A stretch of 64,000 nucleotides of DNA from Oculina patagonica (GCF_052425735.1 NC_135761.1:17298001-17362000), one strand, 5' to 3'; numbered from the stretch's first letter, positions 1-10,392 are shown. Translations and numbers: made by a program. Notes: generated by a model from the letters alone, not told the origin.

Positions 1-678
1 AAAATATTCGGCATAAACAATCGTGTCCTATTAAAAAACGCATTGTTCTCGCCGTAAAAGCGTGGAATATAATTACCATAATTACATCTCTCCTTGGCAA
101 AATGATCGTATTTAGGCCGGGACACCTTCGGAAATCTCAAAGTTTTGACTTTTCCGACAATTTTGTGGCAGACTACAGCACGGATACAAAACTTCATGAC
201 TTGCCACTGCAGATTGGTAAACTATGAATACTGTAGTGTGTCATAACAGAAGCGGAATTTTAAAAGAGCGCTTTTAGAAAGAGGTAGAAGACATTAAATT
301 CAAATTTGCGCACTTAAACCGCCGTAATTTGCTGGCAAACTTTAAATTTAAAAATCCGCTTCTGTTATGACACTCTAGAGGTATTGACTGATTAGTTTTT
401 GACAAGATCCCAGTGTGCTGTTTTCTACTCGTTCCGCAAACTCTGCCACAAAATCATGTTTTTCCCAATTTGGCACTCACGAGGCTATAACATCGACGTT
501 AAATGCAATCTACCAGATAAAAGACGACATTCACAATCTTTCATCAATTCTTTATGTCTCTGTAAAATTTGAGCTTAATCGCATCCATAACAGCTGAGAA
601 ATAAGCGTTTTAAAAGATGCAGGTCAAGCAAAATTTCCCTTCATGAATTTATTCATGCTGTAGGTATCCCCCGCGACC
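1..678. mobile_element. Right end of a TTAA-targeting non-autonomous DNA transposon (Kolobok-like, ...CC|TTAA) inserted into a MITE
   Basis: Ends GCGACC|TTAA (TTAA at 679-682). The sequence after it resumes the MITE seen intact at 61201-61635, which has TTAA at the same point. The left end is outside the window. Confidence 0.45.
234..377. mobile_element. Small MITE
   Basis: Inverted repeat GTGTCATAACAGAAGCGGA ... TCCGCTTCTGTTATGACAC with TAG...CTA ends. Confidence 0.55.
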
Positions 679-893
679 TTAATAAATTAAAATAATACAG
701 CCATAAATTGCGTCTGTTTGAAATATTTTAATTAAAGGCCCTTTTAAATAGCCAAATGACATATTTCCATACCCTTTCATATACTTAAACGCGTGAAATC
801 CCTACCCTTTTATATACCTGAAGCCTGAAAAAGGTACCCCTTTCGGGCGGAGCCTCCCCGTATAGGCCATTATAGGGAGTACCCCCCCCGGGG
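679..893 (+). mobile_element. Right half of a CCCC...GGGG MITE
   Basis: Nearly identical to 61411-61635; ends GAGTACCCCCCCCGGGG. Confidence 0.7.
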
Positions 894-1093
894 TAAAAGC
901 TCTACTAAGCCCCCTCTTTTGAAGCCCCCACTCTCTAAAGCCACCCCTCCCCCGATGTTCAGTCTTTATAAGCCAAGATCTCTATGACGCCCACCATCCT
1001 TTCCTAGATCATAAATCATCAAACTTTATGAACAAGAAAACAAGACAACTTTAAGCTTTAAAGGGCATTATTCTTCCACATTAACTTGTTATT

Positions 1094-1323
1094 ATGAAAT
1101 GAATATATGAAACTCATATATATATATGAGTTTCATATATTCATTTCATATCTCCTCCATCCACGGGTATATTACGAACTCACAAGTGACCAGCTCCCAG
1201 TTGGCTTGATTGCTCAGAGGTCATGGATTCGATTCCCGTTCAAGCCTAATTTTTTTTTTCAGGCTTCCTTTTCTCGATCAACTGCCCAAGTTTAGTACAT
1301 TACTGCGATGATCTTTCATTTGC
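1094..1323 (+). mobile_element. Short retroposed repeat with a terminal palindrome and 13-bp TSD
   Basis: TTAACTTGTTATT at 1081-1093 and 1324-1336; perfect 58-bp palindrome at 1093-1150; degenerate tRNA-like boxes (TTGCTCAG, GATTCGATTCCC). Confidence 0.55.
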
Positions 1324-1573
1324 TTAACTTGTTATTGTTGCTATAATTTTTGTAAAAATGTGTTATCGAACATCAATAAAATATGAAACAGGCCACTTTA
1401 TTTCGTTGATGTGCACCCAAATAACTGATACGACCCTATCTATATTAAGCTCCCTACCCCCTCAAAAGCTCCTAAAAAGAAACAAGCCCCCCCCCCGGAG
1501 AGGAGGGAGCGGGCTTAAGGAAGCTTTTACGGTAACTAGATAATGTTGAATTTTGAAAGGTTAAAATTGTTAC

Positions 1574-1720
1574 CTCAACCACAGTATCATTTTCGTCACT
1601 GGTGTTTTTTGCACGACAAAAAAATAAAGTTGTTACACCGTTGTCCTCACTGCAATTGATCAATATCCAGTCCTGCTGAAGATCCAACTGTGGCCGCTCC
1701 TGACCAATTGTCAGATAATC
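1574..1720 (-). CDS. DOMON-domain protein exon (DBH/MOXD1-like DOMON, C-terminal half)
   Basis: AG/GT-bounded 147-bp phase-0 exon encoding DYLTIGQERPQLDLQQDWILINCSEDNGVTTLFFCRAKNTSDENDTVVE, which fits the DOMON pattern D-x-Q-Q-D...T-x-L-x-F-x-R...T-x-D-x-x-D. Confidence 0.85.
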
Positions 1721-2902
1721 CTATTAAAGTAATTGAAATTTGAAATTAAGCTATCGAGTTCGATTTCATTTTTTTTTTCATTTCATTTATTTATTCTTTT
1801 CCAAAATTTACAATGATTATATAAAAACTAAACAACTAGAAAAAGAAAAACGAAAAAGGGCAAAAATATTTTAAGCTAATTTGTTGGCCTTGATTTAATT
1901 ACAATAAAAAAGTTTAGGATAAAAAGAAAATTAAACTTAACATATTGAGAGGAAGAGGTATGGGTTCGATTTCCGGGGTACACTAATTTGGTGGTACGAA
2001 AGTGAAAATTGATATTATACTTTACCGTTCAGTCACACAAAATTCTTGACCCTTGGACATATATTAAAGTTGGGGGAAGGTTGTGGATGCTAACCCCTAT
2101 GAGTTTTTTTGACACTTTTAAAATTGACTTTACTTTGGGATGTAAAGACATTCAGTAGCTGTTTTTTATTCCTCGGTGACTTTTTGATGTGAAAGTTGTT
2201 TTGTAAACGGTTCTTGTTATGTTACCTTTGCATTTGACTTGCACAACAACAACAACAACTATTTTATTTTGTCGAAAAAGATAAAAAAATTTTTACAGCT
2301 TAAAATAAATTAACTTACACAGGGGAAAAAAACACTCAGAATCGTTTATGAATCGTCCACGTTTACCAAAATTCCGCATTTTCAGAACAAATCTCTTCTT
2401 TCTTATGATATTTATCATTTAGCATTATTGTTTTAAAATAATTTTGTATCTATTCATGTTTTGTTTGACGTCATGAGAAAAGAGTGAAAAGAGTCAGATA
2501 ATGGTGGATCCAATATGGCGGATTCAACGACGTCATACTCGGAAGTTTAGTGTCTTGTAACAGCGGGACAACCCCCCACCCCGGTACGGCTGTTGGGGTG
2601 TGACCTTGCATGTACGCCCGAGTGTTAAAATCAAGTTGGAAGGGGGAACGACTACCCATACATTCTAATAAATGAAATCCCAGCCATGATCTAGACTTGC
2701 TTCGGGTATAAAGAACTCTTTCCTGAAAAACCAAATTATCTAGAAAATTTACCATTTGTCCTCCAGGAAAGGTTATACGATAAAAGTTTGTAAGATAAAA
2801 AAGTGAAGGTGACAAATAAACTTTGCATATATTTGTGTGTACTTAATAGTTTAAGGACTCCCTGAAACTGAAACCGATACATTTGTCACATAAACGTGTT
2901 AC

Positions 2903-3120
2903 CTGCAAGTAGCATGACCCATTATCATACACTCCTCCAACAGCAACATCGTAATCTGTCATGTTGGTTGGGGCTTCATTGGCAAGACCAAAGCCTACCC
3001 AGCCAGTAGTGTTCACTTCCACTTTAAAATATATCCTGTCTGAGGTTTCATTAAACGTCCAAGACACGTTGTAGTTACCATTGTCGTAAGAGCAAGAGTA
3101 TGGGAAATACCATGGTTGAA
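2903..3120 (-). CDS. DOMON-domain protein exon (N-terminal half)
   Basis: AG/GT-bounded exon encoding ...YNVSWTFNETSDRIYFKVEVNTTGWVGFGLANEAPTNMTDYDVAVGGV...YLQ. GWVGFG and M-x-x-x-D are DOMON hallmarks, and it splices in frame to 1574-1720. The upstream and downstream exons were not identified. Confidence 0.88.
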
Positions 3121-3169
3121 CTAAAAATAGAAAAAATACAGTCAGGAAACGAAGAAATAGCGATTCCAA

Positions 3170-3239
3170 TATTATCATCATCATTGCCATCATCATCATT
3201 ATCATCATTGTTATTTTTATTATTACGGTTATTATTGTT

Positions 3240-3279
<40 letters not shown>

Positions 3280-3280
3280 A
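3170..3280. repeat. (ATC)n/(ATT)n microsatellite
   Basis: Visible trinucleotide runs; these explain the poly-I/M/L ORF stretches. Confidence 0.85.
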
Positions 3281-3604
3281 TATCAAAGGTATTTCTATAA
3301 TGGCATGTTTATTTTGTGCAATGTGTAATATTTGTACGACCATTGGGGAAAAATTCGATTTCCGTTCCATGTCTGTCATCAAGAATTAACTAATTGATCA
3401 GAACTGAGTTCTGTTTACCGACTTAATCTACAATCCTCTATTTCCGCACAATAAACTACGTTCAAAGGCAAGCTATCAGACGCATGTAGGATATGCATAA
3501 GTAAGTATTCACTGGTGAGCTGAAAAGTTTTAATTAACTGCAAAGACATAACCTGCGTACAAAAACATGTACACGCAAAAAATGTACAGAGAGCGTACAA
3601 AACC

Positions 3605-3674
3605 TAGCCTGCGTTGCAGACGAACAAAACTCCGGTTATATAACCGGGGTTTTGTTCGTCTGCAACGCAGGCTA
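3605..3674. mobile_element. 70-bp palindromic MITE (TAG...CTA)
   Basis: TAGCCTGCGTTGCAGACGAACAAAAC ... GTTTTGTTCGTCTGCAACGCAGGCTA, flanked by ACAAAACC / GCAAAACC (8-bp TSD, 1 mismatch). Confidence 0.75.
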
Positions 3675-3932
3675 GCAAAACCTGATTGCACCGAAAAACT
3701 CTTCCTTTTTTCTTAAGTAACTCGTGTAATTTGATTTTTATATAAATGAAGATGCAACACGAGAGCTGTGTCATTTTTCAGTTGCTAAACCACACGGAAT
3801 TTATAATTACAGACCAATCACCATGGCTCATACATGTTTTGTGTTAATATTAATGGTCTCAAGTCACTGGTCTTCATTCATTCGTTAACTGCTCCACGCT
3901 AAAGAGTGCGACAATAGAAACAGCGTGGTCTC

Positions 3933-3988
3933 TGTCATAATATATGTTACGTCACTCGTAATCACGTGGTCTTTCAATAAACATGGCA
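3933..3988 (+). repeat. 5' LTR (56 bp)
   Basis: TGTCAT...ATGGCA; matches 8107-8163 except for one indel in the TA run; directly followed by the PBS. Confidence 0.9.
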
Positions 3989-4003
3989 TGGTGTCAGAAG
4001 TGG
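3989..4003 (+). promoter_or_regulatory. Primer binding site complementary to the tRNA-Leu 3' end
   Basis: TGGTGTCAGAAGTGG immediately after the LTR. Confidence 0.85.
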
Positions 4004-4044
4004 TAGATTCAAACACAGTTTGAACTACAAAAACCTAGCTCAAA

Positions 4045-5211
4045 ATGAGTGTATTCAAGCCGCCCTCAACGCTAAGTCTAGAGGGAAATGTTGCAGAAAA
4101 CTGGCGTAAGTGGAAACAGCGATTTCAACTGTACATGGAAGCTTCAGGATCAATGAAGAAACCCGAGAAGCAACGAGTCGCCATATTTCTTCATCTCGTG
4201 GGAGAAGAAGCACTTGAGATTTACAACACATTTTCATTATCGACCGCGGAGCAAAAGCTCGACGTCCTATTCCAGAAATTTGAGGACTATTGTAATCCGA
4301 GGCGGAATATCACATTTGAACGGCACAAATTCTTCACCTGTGTTCAGGAACCGACCGAAGGCATCGACCAGTATGTAACCGAGCTGCGCACCAAAGCAAG
4401 CACGTGCGAATTTGGCGTACTGTGTGAAAGCTTAATTCGAGATAGAATCGTTTGTGGAATACTTTGCGACACTATGAGAGAAAAGTTATTGCAAGAAAAC
4501 GATTTAAGTCTTCAGAAAGCCATTGATATGTGCAGAGCGTCGGAGTTTTCCAAACGCCAAACGAAATCGATAACCGAAGAATCTAAAAGTGTAGATTATG
4601 TAGATAAGAAAGCTACACCGAGTGGTAAATTCCCGCCAAAGGACAGAAAGGATAAAAATGACCAGTCGAAGACAAAAAATGGAATCCAAAAGGCATGCAA
4701 GCGATGTGGAACACTTCATGCACCGAGAAAATGTCCAGCTTATGGAAAAATCTGTCTCAAATGCAAGAATCGAAACCACTTCGCATCTCAGTGTCTCACG
4801 AAGAATGTTTATTTAGTGGAAAGCGATCAAGCCGCTCAACCTATTGTCGAAGACGAGGAGTTAGAAGAATTATTCATCGGTCAAGTCCAGAAAGATGACC
4901 ATGGGCAAGAATGGAAAGCATCTCTTCAAGTGAACAACAACATGGTAGAGTTTAAATTGGATACTGGAGCACAAGCAAATGTAATTCCATCGGATGTATT
5001 CAACTCGCTCAAAGGAACACCGCAGCTGAAGACAACTAAAGCAAAACTCACTGGCTTCAGTGGATCTGTAATACCTGTGCTAGGAGTGGCCAGAATGATT
5101 TGTAAGTACAAAGACAAACAGATTGATTCTGATTTCTTTGTTGTTGAAGCTGAAGGTCAACCCCCCCCCCCTACTCGGATTAAGAGCATGTCAGGAACTG
5201 AGCTTAATTAA
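4045..5211 (+). CDS. gag: Gypsy Gag-protease (ORF1)
   Basis: NWRKWKQRFQLY Gag N-terminus, zinc knuckles CKRCGTLHAPRKC and CLKCKNRNHFASQC, protease LDTGA. The frame shifts at the C11 run 5161-5171. Confidence 0.92.
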   Translation: MSVFKPPSTLSLEGNVAENWRKWKQRFQLYMEASGSMKKPEKQRVAIFLHLVGEEALEIYNTFSLSTAEQKLDVLFQKFEDYCNPRRNITFERHKFFTCVQEPTEGIDQYVTELRTKASTCEFGVLCESLIRDRIVCGILCDTMREKLLQENDLSLQKAIDMCRASEFSKRQTKSITEESKSVDYVDKKATPSGKFPPKDRKDKNDQSKTKNGIQKACKRCGTLHAPRKCPAYGKICLKCKNRNHFASQCLTKNVYLVESDQAAQPIVEDEELEELFIGQVQKDDHGQEWKASLQVNNNMVEFKLDTGAQANVIPSDVFNSLKGTPQLKTTKAKLTGFSGSVIPVLGVARMICKYKDKQIDSDFFVVEAEGQPPPPTRIKSMSGTELN

Positions 5212-7933
5212 GTTTGTCAGAACTGTTGACACAGCTGATGTCAATACTAAGAGTTCTATCCTTGATGAATTTAATGACCTATTTGAAGGCCTTGGAGAGC
5301 TTGAAGGGGAACACCATATTGAAATTAATCCAGAAGTTAAGCCTGTCATTCACCCCCCTAGAAAGGTTCCATTCACCCTTCTACCCAAGCTAAAGAACGA
5401 ATTAGAACGAATGGAACAGTTGGGTGCCATAGAGAAAGTTGATCAGCCAACAGAATGGGTTAACTCCATTGTGATAGTGGAAAAGCCAGATGGAAATCTG
5501 AGAATATGTCTTGATCCAAAAGATTTGAACCGAGCAGTGAAGAGAGAACATTTCCAACTCCCAACAGCCACTGAGATAACTAGCAAGTTAACTGGTGCAA
5601 AAGTATTCAGCAAATTAGATGCCAAAGATGGCTTCTGGCATGTTAAGCTAGACCACCCTAGTTCCCTTCTCACAACCTTTAACACACCATTTGGACGTTT
5701 CAAGTTTAATCGCTTACCATTTGGCCTGAATTCCTCGAATGAAGTATTTCAGAAGAAAATGCAGTTTGCCTTTGAAGGAATTGAAGGAGCAGAAGTTATC
5801 TATGATGATCTTCTTGTATGGGGCAAAGATGAAGAGTGCCACGACAAAGCACTCAGAAATGTGCTTGAGAGAGCCCGCGAGAAAGGTGTTAAGCTGAAGA
5901 AACAAAAGTGTGAAATCAAGATTCCCGAAGTTGTGTACATTGGTGACAAGATTACCAAAGATGGAATCAAACCTGATGAATCAAAGATTGAGGCAATCCT
6001 TAACTTGCCATCCCCGCAAAACAAGAAGGATGTGGAGCGCCTGCTAGGCATGGTAACTTACCTAAGCAAGTTCATCCCAAACATGAGCGCCTTAACTGAG
6101 CCGCTAAGAGTCCTACTCAAGCAAGAGGTACAATGGCACTGGGAGGAGCAGCAAGAAAAAGCTCTTAATGAAATTAAGAAGGTCCTAACCTCAAAACCAG
6201 TACTGAGCTACTATGATGTAAACAAGCCTGTGAAGCTTTCAGTAGATGCATCCCAATCAGGACTTGGAGCTGTGTTACTTCAAGATAATCAGCCTGTGGC
6301 ATATGCATCAAAATCCCTGACTGACTGCCAGAAAGGGTATGCACAGATTGAAAAAGAAACACTGGCAATAGTATTTGGATGCGAACGTTTTCATCAGTAC
6401 CTGTATGGCAAAGAGATAGAAGTAGAATCTGATCACAAGCCACTAGAAGCAATATTTGCCAAACCAATTGCCAAAGCACCACCCAGAATACAACGCCTAC
6501 TGCTTCGATTGCAGCACTACCACCTAAACGTGAAGTACGTTCCAGGAAAACTGATGTTCATCGCTGATGCACTATCCAGAGCCCACCTGGAGACCACTAA
6601 CACTAATCAAGGGATACCTGATGCTGAAATTGAAATGCAAATCCATCTCCTGGTAGCTAATCTCCCAATTTCAGAGCAGAAACTAAAAGAGTTTCAAGAA
6701 GCAACAAAGGCAGATCAATCTCTTCAGACAGTTGCACAGCTGACCAAACAAGGATGGCCTGACCACAAGAATAAAGTACCTGCTGATGCAAAACCATACT
6801 GGAGTTTCAAAGAGGAAATTCATGAAGCTGATGGAATTCTCTTCAAAAGTCACAAGATGATTGTTCCTGAACGACTGAGACCCGAAATGCTTAAAAGAAT
6901 TCACGAAAGCCACCTTGGAATTGAGAAGAGCAAGCGAAGAGCCCGTGACATCCTGTACTGGCCGAACATGAATGCACAGATTACAGATGTGATTGCAAAT
7001 TGCAGTTCATGCCTAAAGCATAGAAAGAACAATACCAAAGAGCCACTGATACAGCATGAAGTTCCAGATAGGCCCTGGCAAAAGATCGCCTGCGATCTAT
7101 TCACCCTTGGTGGAAAGGACTATCTCTTAACTGTCGACTATTACTCAAAATGGGTAGAAATTGGCTTGCTGCGCGACAGCACCGTAAGTTCTGAAGTCAT
7201 CACCCAACTTAAATCCACCTTTGCACGCTATGGGATACCTGATGAGGTCATTTCTGACAACGGTCCCCAGTTCTCAAGCCGGAAATTTAAACAGTTTGCA
7301 GATTCATGGGAATTTAAACACACAACTACAAGTCCCAAGCACCCACAAGCAAATGGACAAGTAGAAAAAGCCGTTGGAACAGCCAAATCTGTACTAAAGA
7401 AAGCTAATGAAGATGGTACCGACCCATACATTGCCTTGCTGGAAAACAGAAATACTCCAATCACTGGACTGAGCTACTCTCCAGCTCAAATTTTCCTTAA
7501 CAGAAGGCTGAAAACCAAACTTCCAACTGCTACACAGTTGCTGAATGCAAGAATCCCAACCGATGCTAAGTCCCAGCTCTTAGCTCAACAGAAATCACAG
7601 AAGCTGTACTTTGACAGAGGAGCAAAGTCACTACCTCCTGTCACAACTGGTGACACTGTTCAAATGAAAGCAAAGAATGGCTGGAAACCTGCTACGGTTA
7701 CAAAACTTGCTCACACCCCTCGATCAGTAATTGTGAACAGCAATGGAACTCTCTACAGACGAAACAGGAGAGACATCATCAAGACACCGGAAGTCACAAG
7801 TCCGAAAGGTGACAGAGGGAACACGCAGAGCAGAGGAAGTGACAGAACCATCATCAAGACACCTGAAGTAGTCAGAACAAGATATGGCCGTACTATTCGA
7901 GCACCAAGACAAGATGACTTTATATACTATTAG
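5123..7933 (+). CDS. pol: Gypsy Pol (end of protease, RT, RNase H, integrase)
   Basis: LRICLD, RLPFGL, IYDD (RT); VDAS, YAQIEKE, SDHKPL (RNase H); HESH...CSSC and D,D(35)E (SDNGPQF...QANGQVE) integrase. Confidence 0.95.
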   Translation: MILISLLLKLKVNPPPLLGLRACQELSLIKFVRTVDTADVNTKSSILDEFNDLFEGLGELEGEHHIEINPEVKPVIHPPRKVPFTLLPKLKNELERMEQLGAIEKVDQPTEWVNSIVIVEKPDGNLRICLDPKDLNRAVKREHFQLPTATEITSKLTGAKVFSKLDAKDGFWHVKLDHPSSLLTTFNTPFGRFKFNRLPFGLNSSNEVFQKKMQFAFEGIEGAEVIYDDLLVWGKDEECHDKALRNVLERAREKGVKLKKQKCEIKIPEVVYIGDKITKDGIKPDESKIEAILNLPSPQNKKDVERLLGMVTYLSKFIPNMSALTEPLRVLLKQEVQWHWEEQQEKALNEIKKVLTSKPVLSYYDVNKPVKLSVDASQSGLGAVLLQDNQPVAYASKSLTDCQKGYAQIEKETLAIVFGCERFHQYLYGKEIEVESDHKPLEAIFAKPIAKAPPRIQRLLLRLQHYHLNVKYVPGKLMFIADALSRAHLETTNTNQGIPDAEIEMQIHLLVANLPISEQKLKEFQEATKADQSLQTVAQLTKQGWPDHKNKVPADAKPYWSFKEEIHEADGILFKSHKMIVPERLRPEMLKRIHESHLGIEKSKRRARDILYWPNMNAQITDVIANCSSCLKHRKNNTKEPLIQHEVPDRPWQKIACDLFTLGGKDYLLTVDYYSKWVEIGLLRDSTVSSEVITQLKSTFARYGIPDEVISDNGPQFSSRKFKQFADSWEFKHTTTSPKHPQANGQVEKAVGTAKSVLKKANEDGTDPYIALLENRNTPITGLSYSPAQIFLNRRLKTKLPTATQLLNARIPTDAKSQLLAQQKSQKLYFDRGAKSLPPVTTGDTVQMKAKNGWKPATVTKLAHTPRSVIVNSNGTLYRRNRRDIIKTPEVTSPKGDRGNTQSRGSDRTIIKTPEVVRTRYGRTIRAPRQDDFIYY

Positions 7934-8106
7934 TTTTTGTATATTGCATGTTGCTATGCTGACTTGCTGAGTTGTTGTTATCAGCTGAGAACACTTGTTT
8001 TAAAATGACTTTTGACATAAGGTCTTGGACAATGAACTGTGGACAATGTTGATATTTTAATAGCATGTTTATTACTCCTCATACATGTATTTGCTTAGAG
8101 GGGAGA

Positions 8107-8163
8107 TGTCATATATATATGTTACGTCACTCGTAATCACGTGGTCTTTCAATAAACATGGCA
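8107..8163 (+). repeat. 3' LTR (57 bp)
   Basis: Follows the polypurine tract; copy of 3933-3988; abuts the N gap. Confidence 0.9.
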
Positions 8164-8744
8164 NNNNNNNNNNNNNNNNNNNNNNNNNNNNNNNNNNNNN
8201 NNNNNNNNNNNNNNNNNNNNNNNNNNNNNNNNNNNNNNNNNNNNNNNNNNNNNNNNNNNNNNNNNNNNNNNNNNNNNNNNNNNNNNNNNNNNNNNNNNNN
8301 NNNNNNNNNNNNNNNNNNNNNNNNNNNNNNNNNNNNNNNNNNNNNNNNNNNNNNNNNNNNNNNNNNNNNNNNNNNNNNNNNNNNNNNNNNNNNNNNNNNN
8401 NNNNNNNNNNNNNNNNNNNNNNNNNNNNNNNNNNNNNNNNNNNNNNNNNNNNNNNNNNNNNNNNNNNNNNNNNNNNNNNNNNNNNNNNNNNNNNNNNNNN
8501 NNNNNNNNNNNNNNNNNNNNNNNNNNNNNNNNNNNNNNNNNNNNNNNNNNNNNNNNNNNNNNNNNNNNNNNNNNNNNNNNNNNNNNNNNNNNNNNNNNNN
8601 NNNNNNNNNNNNNNNNNNNNNNNNNNNNNNNNNNNNNNNNNNNNNNNNNNNNNNNNNNNNNNNAAATCCTCCACAGTTGAACTCTACTCCCTATTGCATT
8701 AAACATCGTTACTTTTCTTTTTATCTTTGGTATCCTTTAAAAAG

Positions 8745-8961
8745 GTACGTCTATTGTACAAGACACTTCGACTCAAGAATGCCCATGTAACAAGTCTTAA
8801 CTGTGCATCCCCTAACAACATTCGCGCAATTGTGAACGTTACGTTTGGCACAGGAAATTCAGCAGACACAGACATCCAAAAGATGTTGGAAAACGAAATA
8901 AAAGACGGTTCACTTTTTGACATTCCAGTTGACAGCTCAGAATACAACGTCAAGTTTAATT
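8745..8961 (+). CDS. SEA-domain mucin-like gene copy 1, second SEA exon
   Basis: AAAAG|GTA...AATT|GTAAGT; encodes VRLLYKTLRLKNAHVTSLNCASPNNIRAIVNVTFG...LENEIKDGSLFDIPVD; paralogue of 29667-29884. Confidence 0.8.
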
Positions 8962-9347
8962 GTAAGTATTTTGTTTCCTTTCCTTTTTCGGACGTAGTCA
9001 TATACTGTTTCCGCCTAGTAAACCAATCAAGAAGCAAGCGCACAGACCAATTGGCAGACATATTAGGCGCTCTTTACACACTATAAACCCAGTGTTGNNN
9101 NNNNNNNNNNNNNNNNNNNNNNNNNNNNNNNNNNNNNNNNNNNNNNNNNNNNNNNNNNNNNNNNNNNNNNNNNNNNNNNNNNNNNNNNNNNNNNNNNNNN
9201 NNNNNNNNNNNNNNNNNNNNNNNNNNNNNNNNNNNNNNNNNNNNNNNNNNNNNNNNNNNNNNNNNNNNNNNNNNNNNNNNNNNNNNNNNNNNNNNNNNNN
9301 NNNNNNNNNNNNNNNNNNNNNNNNNNNNNNNNNNNNNNNNNNNNNNN

Positions 9348-9990
9348 GTTGCACTGGACTGTTAATCTGTCTGCCTGTCTGCCTGTCTGCCTGTCTGCCT
9401 GTCTGCCTGTCTGCCTGTCTGCCTGCCTGTCTGCCTGTCTGCCTGTCTGCTTGCTCGCCTGCCTGCCTGCATGTCTGCCTGTCTGCTTGCTTGCCTGCCT
9501 GTCTGCCTGCCTGCCTGTTTGCCTCTCTGTCTACCTGTCTTCCAGTGCCTGCTCGCCTGCTCTGCCTNNNNNNNNNNNNNNNNNNNNNNNNNNNNNNNNN
9601 NNNNNNNNNNNNNNNNNNNNNNNNNNNNNNNNNNNNNNNNNNNNNNNNNNNNNNNNNNNNNNNNNNNNNNNNNNNNNNNNNNNNNNNNNNNNNNNNNNNN
9701 NNNNNNNNNNNNNNNNNNNNNNNNNNNNNNNNNNNNNNNNNNNNNNNNNNNNNNNNNNNNNNNNNNNNNNNNNNNNNNNNNNNNNNNNNNNNNNNNNNNN
9801 NNNNNNNNNNNNNNNNNNNNNNNNNNNNNNNNNNNNNNNNNNNNNNNNNNNNNNNNNNNNNNNNNNNNNNNNNNNNNNNNNNNNNNNNNNNNNNNNNNNN
9901 NNNNNNNNGCCTGTTTGCCTCTCTGTCTACCTGTCTTCCAGTGCCTGCTCGCCTGCTCGCCTGCCTATCTGCCTATCTGCCTGTCTGGTA
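9348..9990. repeat. (TGCC/TGTC)n tetranucleotide array with an internal gap
   Basis: Visible repeat; source of the spurious CLPVCLSA ORFs. Confidence 0.9.
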
Positions 9991-10156
9991 TAGTGATGCT
10001 AGGACACTGTTTCCCTTGGAGATGCTCATTAATTGCTTACTATTCATATACCAGAGGATAAATTTCTTCCTTGCTTATAACTTCAACTGTGCATACGTTA
10101 TCACTTTTCCCCTTCTAAAAGACTACACATTATTTAACAAGCCTGTTATCTTCTAG

Positions 10157-10345
10157 ACGTGACTTTACGTTTTGAGATCAAAGCTGGAGAATGCGAAAGA
10201 GTGTGCTGTGGTGCAGGTGGTCCTGTTGTTATGGTTCAAACGTGCACTCCGCCAAACCGGTGTGAAGGAATCAGAAATTCCACGAAGGAAGAGGACGGTC
10301 ACTGTCCAGGAGAAGGAAAAGATACTTGCCAAGAACAAAAATGCG
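10157..10345 (+). CDS. SEA-domain gene copy 1, 8-Cys exon
   Basis: TTCTAG|AC...TGCG|GTAAG; 189 bp, phase 1-1; encodes CERVCCGAGG...TCTPPNRCEG...HCPG...TCQEQKC; paralogue of 30901-31089. Confidence 0.8.
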
Positions 10346-10392
10346 GTAAGACTTCATAGGCTTGATTGTCCACAGCGTACTTGTGGGAGATA

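Larger units (their letters stand above)
3933..8163 (+). mobile_element. Ty3/Gypsy LTR retrotransposon, Mag-like clade, full length
   Basis: 5' LTR 3933-3988, tRNA-Leu-type PBS 3989-4003, gag-pro-RT-RH-IN, PPT AGAGGGGAGA 8097-8106, 3' LTR 8107-8163. The right TSD is hidden by a gap. Confidence 0.95.

Noticed and set aside
3121-3382. Hydrophobic N-terminal extension of the DOMON ORF read as a transmembrane segment
   Set aside because: Intronic ATT/ATC microsatellite upstream of a clear splice acceptor.
8072-10156. Long ORFs containing X runs and CLPVCLSA repeats
   Set aside because: Produced by N gaps and a tetranucleotide microsatellite.
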